A stretch of DNA of 64,000 nucleotides from an uncultured Chloroflexia bacterium. Its GTDB lineage: Bacteria; Chloroflexota; Anaerolineae; CG2-30-64-16. The stretch covers positions 32,001 through 96,000 of the forward strand of contig CAWEMM010000014.1 of the NCBI GenBank assembly GCA_963810095.1, read 5' to 3'. Shown piece after piece: positions 55,958-64,000 of this stretch (positions are counted from its first letter, which is position 1; each line of letters starts with the position of its first letter). The translations under genes were made by a program, and so were the position numbers. The notes under the pieces are model-generated. The model was not told where the DNA came from and searched no databases. It was given only the letters and a program-made list of their open reading frames with translations.

Positions 55958-57064
55958 TGGCACACCCGTTCCTCCCTTTCGAGCTGGTGTTCAATCCCCG
56001 CTGGTGGCACGAGACGGCCGGCATCTCCTTCACCCGTGACTTCTACTTCGATGCGGGAACGCGCGAGCGCAACGACGTCACCATGCGGCGAGTGCTGCAC
56101 GAGCGCTTCGGCGAGATCGGGCTGGGCGAGGCGAACCCGCAGCCCCGGCCGGTCGCGGGCTCGCTGCACGTGGCCGGCGGTTTCGCGATCCCCGCGCTGC
56201 TCGGCGCGGAGATCCAGTTCGAGCCCGACGCTGCGCCCCAGCCGCTGCCATGTCACCTGTCGCTCGAACAACTGGAGCGGCTGGAAGTCCCTGACTGGCG
56301 CAACCTGTGGCCGATGTCCGAGCTGATCGCGTCCTGGGACGAACAGCAAGGCGCGCTTCGGTTTCCTGCTGGGCGACATCAATACGGACGGGCTGCTCAA
56401 CGCGGCGTACCACTTCTACGGCCAGGACTTGTTTGCCGACTTCTATGAGGCTCCCGAGCGCGTCCGGCGGGTGCTGGACGTCATCTCGGAGCTGATCGTC
56501 GAGGTCGCACAGTACGTGCGCAGCAGGACGGGCAGTTGCTCGATTGCGGTCAACCGCATGGTCGAGCGGGTGGACCCCGCGTTGTTCCTGCATGCGAACT
56601 GTTCGGTGCAGATGATCTCGCCCCGCAGTTACAAGGCCGTGCAATTGCCCGTCGAGCAGCGCATGGCAGACCGGCTCCGGCCGTTCGGGGTGCATCACTG
56701 CGGGGCCAACATGCACCAGGTCGCGCCGGCGTACCGCGAGCTGGACCTTGCATTTGCCGATGTGGGCTGGGGGTCCGACGTGGCGGCGTGCCGGGCGGCC
56801 CTGCCGCATACGTTCCTCAACCTGCGTCTCAGCCCCATTCGGATGCTCCAGTGCAGGCCGGACGAGGTCGCGGCCGACGCGGAGCAGCTGCTGCAGGCCG
56901 CGGGGCCGCTGGACGAGGTCGGCGTCTGCTGCATCAACATGGACTATGGTACGCCGGAGGACAACATCTTCGCCGTCTACGAGGTCGTAGGCGCGGCGCC
57001 GGAGGCATGGCGGATAACCTATGACAATGTCGACGAGTACCACATCTGGCTGGCGATTATCTGA
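55954..57064 (+). CDS. URO-D-like protein #6; frameshift ~56348, true stop possibly ~57017
   Basis: VFNPRWW, PALLGAEI, NCSVQMISP, VHHCG, DVGWGSD, CCINMDYGTP. Confidence 0.68.
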
Positions 57065-58457
57065 AGATCGCTTTTTCGACCCCGAGCCGGCCCAACGCCG
57101 CGTCGCACGCGAGCTGTACGGCTCGGTCGCCGCACTGCCCATCGTCAGCCCACACGGCCACGTCGACGCGCGGCTGCTGGCCGACCCCGACGCCAGCTTC
57201 GGCACCCCTGCCGATCTCCTGATCATCCCCGACCACTACGTCTTCCGCATGCTCTACTCGCAAGGCATCCCGCTCGAAGCGCTGGGGGTGCCCGCGGTGG
57301 ACGGCGGCCCGGTCGAGCGCGATCACCGGAAGATCTGGCAGTTGTTTGCCGACAACTATCACCTCTTTCGGGGCACGCCGAGTGGCGCATGGCTCGACCA
57401 GGAGTTGGTGGAGGTGTTCGGCATCCCCGAGAAGCTGACGAGCACGAACGCTCAGGCCGTGTACGACGCGATCGAAGCCCGACTCGCGACGCCCGAGTAC
57501 CGCCCGCGGGCGCTGTTCGAGCGCTTCAACATCGAAGTGCTGGCGACCACGGACGCCGCGTCGGACCGCCTGGAGCCACACCGGCGCCTCCGGGCATCTG
57601 GGTGGGGCGGCCGTGTCGTCCCCACCTTCCGCCCCGATGCGGTCGTCAACTTGCTGACGACCGGCTGGAGCAACCATCTCGGGGCCCTGGCCGAGGCGAG
57701 CGGAATCGACATCAGCAGCTACGAGGACTTCCTCCGGGCGCTGGAAGACCGGCGCGCTTTCTTCAAGCAGATGGGCGCAAGTGCGACGGACCACGCAGCC
57801 GAAACGGCCTACACGGCCCGGCTGGGCGACAGCGAGGCGCACGCCATCTTCGCACGCGCGCTGAAGGGCGAGGCGAGCGCGGAGGACGCGCGCCGGTTCA
57901 CCGGCCACATGCTGATCGAGATGGCCCGCATGAGCATCGACGACGGTCTCGTCATGCAGCTTCATGTGGGGTCGATCCGCGGCCACAATGGCCGGGTGCG
58001 CGAGCGGTTCGGTGCGGACAAGGGCGCAGACATTCCCACGACGAGCGAGTTTACCCACAACCTGCGGCCGCTGCTCGAAGCGTTCGGAAACGATCCCCGC
58101 TTGACCCTCGTCCTCTTCACGCTCGACGAGACGACGTATGCCCGCGAGTTGGCCCCGCTGGCCGGTCACTACCCCGCGCTGCGCCTCGGTCCGCCGTGGT
58201 GGTTCCACGACAGCCCGAACGGCATGCGGCGCTACTTTGACCAGGTCATGGAGACCGCGGGCCTCTATAACACCGCAGGCTTCAACGACGACACCCGCGC
58301 TTTCTGCTCGATTCCTGCCCGGCACGACGTATGGCGGCGCGTGAGCTGCGACTGGCTGGCGGGCTTGGTCGTGCGTGGGCAACTCGACGAGGCGGACGCG
58401 GCCGAGATGGCGCGCGAGTTGGCCTACGGGTTGGCCAAGAAAGCCTACCGCTTGTGA
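57021..58457 (+). CDS. uxaC: Uronate isomerase
   Basis: LPIVSPHGH, PDHYVFRML, PTFRPD, TDH, MQLHVG, GPPWWFHD, GFNDDTRAF, ARHD. Confidence 0.93.
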   Translation: MTMSTSTTSGWRLSEDRFFDPEPAQRRVARELYGSVAALPIVSPHGHVDARLLADPDASFGTPADLLIIPDHYVFRMLYSQGIPLEALGVPAVDGGPVERDHRKIWQLFADNYHLFRGTPSGAWLDQELVEVFGIPEKLTSTNAQAVYDAIEARLATPEYRPRALFERFNIEVLATTDAASDRLEPHRRLRASGWGGRVVPTFRPDAVVNLLTTGWSNHLGALAEASGIDISSYEDFLRALEDRRAFFKQMGASATDHAAETAYTARLGDSEAHAIFARALKGEASAEDARRFTGHMLIEMARMSIDDGLVMQLHVGSIRGHNGRVRERFGADKGADIPTTSEFTHNLRPLLEAFGNDPRLTLVLFTLDETTYARELAPLAGHYPALRLGPPWWFHDSPNGMRRYFDQVMETAGLYNTAGFNDDTRAFCSIPARHDVWRRVSCDWLAGLVVRGQLDEADAAEMARELAYGLAKKAYRL

Positions 58458-58460
58458 TGT

Positions 58461-58496
58461 GAGAGGCCGGGTTTCGACGCGAAAACCTGGTCTCTC
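58461..58496. repeat. Imperfect intergenic hairpin (REP-like)
   Basis: GAGAGGCCGGGTTTC-gacgc-GAAAACCTGGTCTCTC. Confidence 0.45.
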
Positions 58497-58519
58497 TCTC
58501 AAAAGGAACGGAGCAGTGT

Positions 58520-59353
58520 ATGGACCTTGAACAACTGGCTCGCATGTACGACCTGACGGGTCGCACGTACGTGGTGACCGGCGGCACCGGGGTGTTGGGC
58601 GGCGAGGTGGCTTGTGCGCTCGCCGGCGTCGGCGCCAACGTAGTCATCCTGGACCGCAACCTGGCGCCTGCCGACGGCCTGCTCGAACGCATGGGGCCGC
58701 ACGCCTGCCAGGCAATCGCCGTGGCCGGCGACGTGCTGAACCGAGACAGCCTGGTAGAAGCTTCGCGGACCATCAACGAGCGCTTCGGTTGCGTGCACGG
58801 GCTGGTCAACACCGCGGGCGGGAACAAGCCGAATGCGACCACGGGCGCGGACCTCAGCTTTTTCGACCTGCCCGAAGACGCGCTCCGCTTCGTGCTCGAT
58901 CTCAACCTGATGGGAACGATCCTGCCCTGCCAGGTGTTCGGCCGCCAGATGGCCGAGTGCGGCGAGGGTGTCATTCTCAACTTCTCCTCGATGAGCGCGC
59001 TGCGGCCGTTGACGCGGATCGCGGGTTACTCGGTCGCCAAGGCAGGGGTGAGCAACTTCACACAGTGGCTGGCCGTGCACATGGCGAAGAACTACGCGCA
59101 GCAAATCCGCGTCAATGCGGTCGCGCCTGGCTTTTTCATGGGCGAGCAGAACCGCTTCCTGCTGACCGACAAGGACACCGGGGAACTGACCGCCCGCGGG
59201 CGGACGATCATCGATCACACGCCCATGGGGCGCTTCGGGAATCCGGAGGACCTGCTGGGCACGGTGCTGTGGTTGCTGTCGCCCGCTGCCGCGTTCGTCA
59301 CGGGTATCACCGTGCCGGTGGACGGCGGATTCTCCGCCTTCAGCGGGGTTTAG
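58520..59353 (+). CDS. SDR oxidoreductase (fructuronate reductase/D-mannonate oxidoreductase-like)
   Basis: TGGTGVLG, AGGNKP, SSM, YSVAK, NFTQWLAV, GEQNR, HTPMGRFG, DGGFSAFSGV. Confidence 0.85.
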   Translation: MDLEQLARMYDLTGRTYVVTGGTGVLGGEVACALAGVGANVVILDRNLAPADGLLERMGPHACQAIAVAGDVLNRDSLVEASRTINERFGCVHGLVNTAGGNKPNATTGADLSFFDLPEDALRFVLDLNLMGTILPCQVFGRQMAECGEGVILNFSSMSALRPLTRIAGYSVAKAGVSNFTQWLAVHMAKNYAQQIRVNAVAPGFFMGEQNRFLLTDKDTGELTARGRTIIDHTPMGRFGNPEDLLGTVLWLLSPAAAFVTGITVPVDGGFSAFSGV

Positions 59354-59465
59354 CCGCAAAGCCACGAGCGGGGGGGCTTGTGCATAAACGCACGGGGTGC
59401 GAGAAACGCGCCGGTAGGTCCCTGCTGTGAGTCGGGTCAATGCGTATGGGGCGTCAACCCTGCGA

Positions 59466-59640
59466 GGAGCGTCGCGATTGGGGGTTCCGGGGGCGAAGCC
59501 CCGGAGCGGGGGCGTCGGGGGCAGGCCGGCCCCCGACAAACAAGAAGATACTCGAAGTTGGGCCGGCCGGCCCCCGGCAAACAAGAAGATACTCGAAGTT
59601 GGGGGCCGGCCCCCGGCAAACAAGAAGATATTCGAAGTTG
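59466..59640. repeat. Dispersed repeat (copy B) whose end is triplicated as three 37-bp direct repeats
   Basis: GGCCGGCCCCCGRCAAACAAGAAGATAYTCGAAGTTG at 59524, 59565 and 59604. Confidence 0.85.
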
Positions 59641-59672
59641 GTCCGGCACCCAGAAGACAGAGGCGTTGAGCC

Positions 59673-60928
59673 ATGATCCTGAGCAAAATGATATCTGAGA
59701 CGGGCGTGTTGCCGCTCGACGCGGTCAGGCAGGCCCTTACGGCCGGGCTCGCGGCCGCTTCACCGGGCAGCGAGTGCTCGTGCTGATTCCCGACCACACT
59801 CGTTCGCTGCCGCTGCCCGCGCTGTTCCGCCTGGTCGTGGAACTGCTGCACGACGCGCGCCAGCTTGACTTCATGGTCGCCCTCGGCACGCATCCCGCAC
59901 TCCCCGAAGAGTCTTTGAACCGGCTGGTGGGGATCAGCGAGGAGGAGCGGCAGACCGCCTTCCGGCACGTCGGGTTGCTGAACCACGCCTGGGACGACCC
60001 GAGCGTCCTTGCGTCGCTGGGCGTCATCGAGCAGGACGAGATCCGGGAGATCGCCGGGCCCAGCTGGCACCCCTCGCTGCCCGACAGGGTCGACGTCCGC
60101 ATCAACAAGGCAGCCCTGGCGTACGATCACATATTGATCCTCGGGCCGGTTTTTCCCCACGAGGTCGTGGGCTTTTCGGGCGGGGCAAAGTATCTGTTCC
60201 CCGGCATTTCCGGGCCGGATATGATTAACGCGACCCATTGGCTGGGCGCGTTGGCGACAGTCGTTGGCACGATCGGAATCAAAGACACGCCCGTTCGGTC
60301 GATGATCCATGCCGCAGCCCGGCGCTTGCAGACGCCCCTCACGCTCGCGGCCCTGGTCGTCGAGGGCCACGATCTCGCAGGCGTGATCGTTGGGGATTGG
60401 GTGGACGCCTGGAGCGCGGCCGCAGATTTTTCCTCGCAGCGCCACATTCGCTGGTCAAGCGAGCCGTATCGCCGCGTCCTCTCCTGCGCCCCGGCGATGT
60501 ATGACGAACTGTGGACCGCGGCAAAGGCGATGTACAAGCTCGAGCCGGCCGTCGCGCAAGGCGGCGAGGTGGTCATCTATGCGCCGCACCTGGATGTGGT
60601 GAGTCACGTTCACGGGCAGTATATTTATGAGGTGGGCTATCACGTCCTGCCCTACTTCCTGGCCGACTGGGACCGCTATCGACACGTGCCGCTCGGCGTG
60701 CTGGCCCACAGCACCCACGTGCGCGGGTCAGGCGTGATGGACGGCGGGGTCGAACGGGCAAACGTGCGCGTGACCCTGGCCAGCAAGATCTCGGCGGAGG
60801 ACTGCGCCCGGCTGAACCTGGGCTACCTGGACCCGGCGCAGATCAACCCGGCAGAGTGGCAGAATCGCGAAGACGAGGGCATTCTTTACGTGCCCCGAGC
60901 AGGTGAGATGCTGTACCGGGTGCGCTAA
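59673..60928 (+). CDS. LarA-family (nickel-pincer) 2-hydroxy-acid racemase/epimerase; frameshift ~59745
   Basis: IPDHTR, VALGTH, NH, FPHEVVGFSGGAKYLFPG, KAMYK. Confidence 0.82.
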
Positions 60929-61021
60929 GGGGCCGCGCCGGGTTCGAGACGTGGCCCCGCAAAGAGACGGAACGGCCCGCGTTTTCTGCGCGGTCTTCCA
61001 CCACTGAAGGGAAGTTGGACG

Positions 61022-62119
61022 ATGTACGGTCTTGACATAAAAGCAGAAGGTGAGCTCGATCTCGTATCGTTGGGCGGGCTGGTCCACCGGCTCGACCCCG
61101 GGGTGATCCCTTTCCGCAAGGCGACAGAGTGCCAGATCCACGTCAGCGGCGGCGAGTTCAATGTAGCGGCCAACCTGTCGGACTGCTTCGGCATGCGCAC
61201 CGGCATCGCCAGCGCGATGGTCGATTACCCGATCGGCGACCTGATTGCCGAGCGGGTGCGCGCCATGGGTGTGACGCCTTTCTACCGGCGCTTCAAGCAC
61301 AACGGCGTCACGGGGCCGAACATGGCGACCGTGTACAGCGACCGGGGCCAGGGGGTGCGCGCGCCCGTGGTCTTCTACAACCGCGCTAACGAGGCAGCCG
61401 CGCAGCTCAAGCCGGGCGACTTCGACTGGGCCACACTCCTCGGCGGTGCCCGGTGGTTTCACAGTGGCGGCATCTTTGCCGCGCTGTCTGAGACGACCGG
61501 CGAGCTGATCATTGAGGGCATGAAGGCGGCGAAGGCTGCGGGCGCGATCACTTCGTTCGACCTTAACTACCGGGCCAAGCTGTGGAATCTGTGGGGATCG
61601 TCGCACGGCGACGCGCACGAGGTGGCGCTGGGCGTGATCCGGCGTATCGTGGAGCACGTGGACGTGCTGGTGGGGAACGAAGAAGACCTGCAGATGGGGC
61701 TGGGCATCGAGGGTCCCAAGGTTGCGGGCGGCAGCAAGTCGAAGCTCGATCCCGGCGTCTTCCTGGGCATGATCGGCAAAGTGACGGAAATGTATCCGCA
61801 GGTCAAGGTGGTCGCGACGACGCTGCGCGAAGTGCATTCGACCAATCGTCACTCCTGGGGCGCGGTGGCATGGATCGACGGCAAGACGGTCCTCTCGCCG
61901 GCCTGCGAGCTCGACGTGCTCGACCGGGTCGGCGGCGGCGATGGATTTGCGGCGGGCTTCTTCTACGGCTTGCTCGCGGGCGAGTCGGAGCAGGACGCGG
62001 TGAACCTGGGTTGGGCGCACGGCGCGCTTTTGACGACGTACCCGGGCGACACGACCATGGCGACGCTGGACCAGGTGCGGGCGTTCGCGCAAGGCGGGTC
62101 TGCGCGCATTCAGCGCTAG
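61022..62119 (+). CDS. kdgK: PfkB-family 2-keto-3-deoxygluconate kinase
   Basis: GGEFNVA, SFDLNYRAKLW, GNEED, TLREVHS, DRVGGGDGF, TYPGD. Confidence 0.82.
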   Translation: MYGLDIKAEGELDLVSLGGLVHRLDPGVIPFRKATECQIHVSGGEFNVAANLSDCFGMRTGIASAMVDYPIGDLIAERVRAMGVTPFYRRFKHNGVTGPNMATVYSDRGQGVRAPVVFYNRANEAAAQLKPGDFDWATLLGGARWFHSGGIFAALSETTGELIIEGMKAAKAAGAITSFDLNYRAKLWNLWGSSHGDAHEVALGVIRRIVEHVDVLVGNEEDLQMGLGIEGPKVAGGSKSKLDPGVFLGMIGKVTEMYPQVKVVATTLREVHSTNRHSWGAVAWIDGKTVLSPACELDVLDRVGGGDGFAAGFFYGLLAGESEQDAVNLGWAHGALLTTYPGDTTMATLDQVRAFAQGGSARIQR

Positions 62120-62205
62120 GTGGTCATCTCGTCCCGAATGTAAGCGGCGGGACGTCGGGGCCGGGCTACAGCGGTTACCATAGGGTATTGCCATTGGAGG
62201 GACCC

Positions 62206-63135
62206 TTGGTCACGGCTGTCCAGTCCTACCGTAACCTTGTCGCGTTTATCCGGCTCGGCCGGCCGTATTTCCTCGCGGGCGGCTTCATCATGAACGCGCT
62301 CGGTGTGGCGGCAGCGCTGTACGCGGGCGCGACTCTGAACTGGCCCGCCCTGGTCCTCGGTCAGGTTGCGATCAGCACCACGCAGTGGATGGTTCATTAC
62401 GCCAACGATTATTTCGACCTGCCGGCCGACCGGCTGAATCCCTCGTCGACGGTCTGGTCGGGTGGCAGCCGCGTGCTGCCGTCCGGCGAACTGCCGCCGC
62501 GTGTTGCCTACCGGGCGGCCGTGATCCTCGGCCTGGTCGCCGTCGGGGCCACCGCCGGCCTGGTGCTCATCGCGGGCAGCGGGCTCGCCGCGGTCATCCT
62601 GGCCGGTCTGGCCCTGTTCTTGGGTTGGACCTACAGCGCGCCGCCGTTTCGCTGGCTCTCCCGCGGGGTCGGCGAGGTCATCACCGCGTTCGTGGTGGCG
62701 GTGCTGACTCCCAGCCTGGGCTTCTACCTGCAGGCCGGCACTCTTCCCGGCTGGCTCCTCCCGGTGCTCTGGGCCCCGTTCTGCCTGCAGTTCTGCTTCC
62801 AGGTATGCGTGAACTATCCTGATGCCGAGGCCGATGCGGCAGCCGGGAAACGCAACCTGGTGGTGCGTAACCGCAAAGGGGCAACCAGGGCATATCAAGC
62901 GGCACTCGTCGCTGCGTACCTGGCGGTTCCACTGCTGCTGCTGGCCGGACTCCCGTTTGCCGTCGCCCTCGCGGTGCTGGTGCCCGCGCCGGTTGCCGTG
63001 TGGCTCTGGCGGCGGGCCGGCCGCGCTGGGTTGTCCGACCCCGGTTCCTGGGTGGCCAACGAGTGGGCCAGCGTGATCCTGGTGATGCTGACCGCCGTGG
63101 CCGAGACTGCCGCATTCCTCCTGGTGCGCAGCTGA
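62206..63135 (+). CDS. UbiA/MenA-family prenyltransferase
   Basis: GGAGG RBS and TTG start; NDYFD, SGGSRVL, YSAPPF, GVGE, NYPDAEADAAAGKRNLVVR. Confidence 0.82.
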   Translation: MVTAVQSYRNLVAFIRLGRPYFLAGGFIMNALGVAAALYAGATLNWPALVLGQVAISTTQWMVHYANDYFDLPADRLNPSSTVWSGGSRVLPSGELPPRVAYRAAVILGLVAVGATAGLVLIAGSGLAAVILAGLALFLGWTYSAPPFRWLSRGVGEVITAFVVAVLTPSLGFYLQAGTLPGWLLPVLWAPFCLQFCFQVCVNYPDAEADAAAGKRNLVVRNRKGATRAYQAALVAAYLAVPLLLLAGLPFAVALAVLVPAPVAVWLWRRAGRAGLSDPGSWVANEWASVILVMLTAVAETAAFLLVRS

Positions 63136-63165
63136 CGCCGGGTTCGACTCCGTGCGTTTGCCGTG

Positions 63166-63206
63166 TTGACGCCTCTCCCCCCGCGCACTATAATCACAAC
63201 TGTGAT
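63166..63206 (+). promoter_or_regulatory. Sigma70 promoter with inverted repeat at the start site
   Basis: TTGACG-N17-TATAAT; ATCACA-AC-TGTGAT (63193-63206). Confidence 0.65.
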
Positions 63207-63598
63207 CGCCACCGCGCCGGCTGACGCGCCGGTCGTGGCGAACGGGCCGTGCGGAATCCTATAGGGAGCGCGCGGCGGATCGGTACGGTAGCCCTGTACT
63301 TATCTTGGCGACGGGCGTGGCAGAGCTTTTGCCGCGCCTTGTTTCCGAGCGCGGAATCCCGGGGCCCGCCGCACCCTTCAGGCTACCCGGTTGCTTCCAG
63401 GCGGCAACCTTCGTGTCCCACCGATTGGGAGGTGCACCAACACGCTCGAGTGCCTTGTCGCATAGTCGCTTCTCCGCGAGTCGGAGCGTCATTGCGGTGC
63501 GGAGTTTTCCACCGGTTCGAAGCCCTGCCGCGCCGCCAAGCTGCCACCCGTCCTGTTGTCCTTCGTTTTCCTCACTCAGCCAAAAGGAGAAGGGTAGC

Positions 63599-64000
63599 GT
63601 GAGCGCAAAATTCCCTAGACTCACGGCGTTCCTCTTGATCCTGGTCCTCGCCGTTCCGATGTTCCTGGCGCCTTCGGCCACAGCGCCCACCGCTTCGGCC
63701 GCAAAAGCGGGCGACATCACCAGCGCCAACGACGCGGTTGCGTCGAAGGTGCACCCCAAGCTGCAGGCGGCTGTTGCTGCCGCCGCACTCTCCGATGCGT
63801 TTGACGTCATCGTGTATGCCGAGGCCGGCGCCGACCTGCGTCCGTACATGAGCAACATGCTCGCCGCGAAGTACGTGCTGCCCAACGGCACGCAAACCTA
63901 TTACGGCCGCGTCAAGGCGGCCAACGTGGCGAAGCTGGCGTCGCTGCCCGCAGTGGCGGCGATCGAGGATCTGCGGTTTCAGGGGAGCCCCGCAGCCGCC
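63599..64000 (+). CDS. Secreted protein, 3'-truncated (possibly subtilase prodomain)
   Basis: AAGGAG RBS and GTG; signal peptide SAKFPRLTAFLLILVLAVPMFLAP; KVHPKLQ...KLASLPAVAAI; open to the window end. Confidence 0.55.
   Translation, partial: MSAKFPRLTAFLLILVLAVPMFLAPSATAPTASAAKAGDITSANDAVASKVHPKLQAAVAAAALSDAFDVIVYAEAGADLRPYMSNMLAAKYVLPNGTQTYYGRVKAANVAKLASLPAVAAIEDLRFQGSPAAA

Noticed and set aside
59524-59640. CRISPR array (37-bp repeats)
   Set aside because: The gaps are only 2-4 nt, there are no unique spacers, and no cas genes are present.
63138-63155. tRNA from the GGTTCGACTCC T-loop-like motif (similar at ~60940)
   Set aside because: No acceptor, D or anticodon arms can be formed around it.

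Overview
High-GC bacterial chromosomal window. Lineage cues (C-terminal 'VFLPLTRR' tail, Pro/Thr-rich lipoprotein linker, 'LRIGVP' membrane helices) point to Chloroflexota/Anaerolineae; this is an inference. About 15 genes carry single-base frame breaks, most likely read or assembly indels. The left half (1-31 kb) holds mixed housekeeping genes: a uridine-kinase-like gene, MarR plus a heterodimeric ABC exporter, rocD, an AAA_14/DUF4143 gene behind a perfect palindrome, a P-type ATPase, peptidases and proBA. It also holds an orphan respiratory module: a 36-aa peptide, a Cys-rich membrane protein, a heptaheme cytochrome c, a HybA-like and a HybB/NrfD-like protein. Three of these share an N-terminal 'LRxGVP' helix, and a NarL-type two-component system lies nearby. 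The right half (31-62 kb) is a ~31-kb divergent carbohydrate island led by two paralogous LacI genes with mirror-image promoters and operators. It contains an Opp-type importer, IolB/IolO/FrlC-like isomerases, UxaE/UxaC/SDR/LarA-like/KdgK, NagAB and six URO-D/MtaA-CmuA-like proteins. This island is the best candidate for an undescribed system, hypothesised to be anaerobic demethylation and catabolism of modified sugars. No rRNA, tRNA, CRISPR array or transposase was found.
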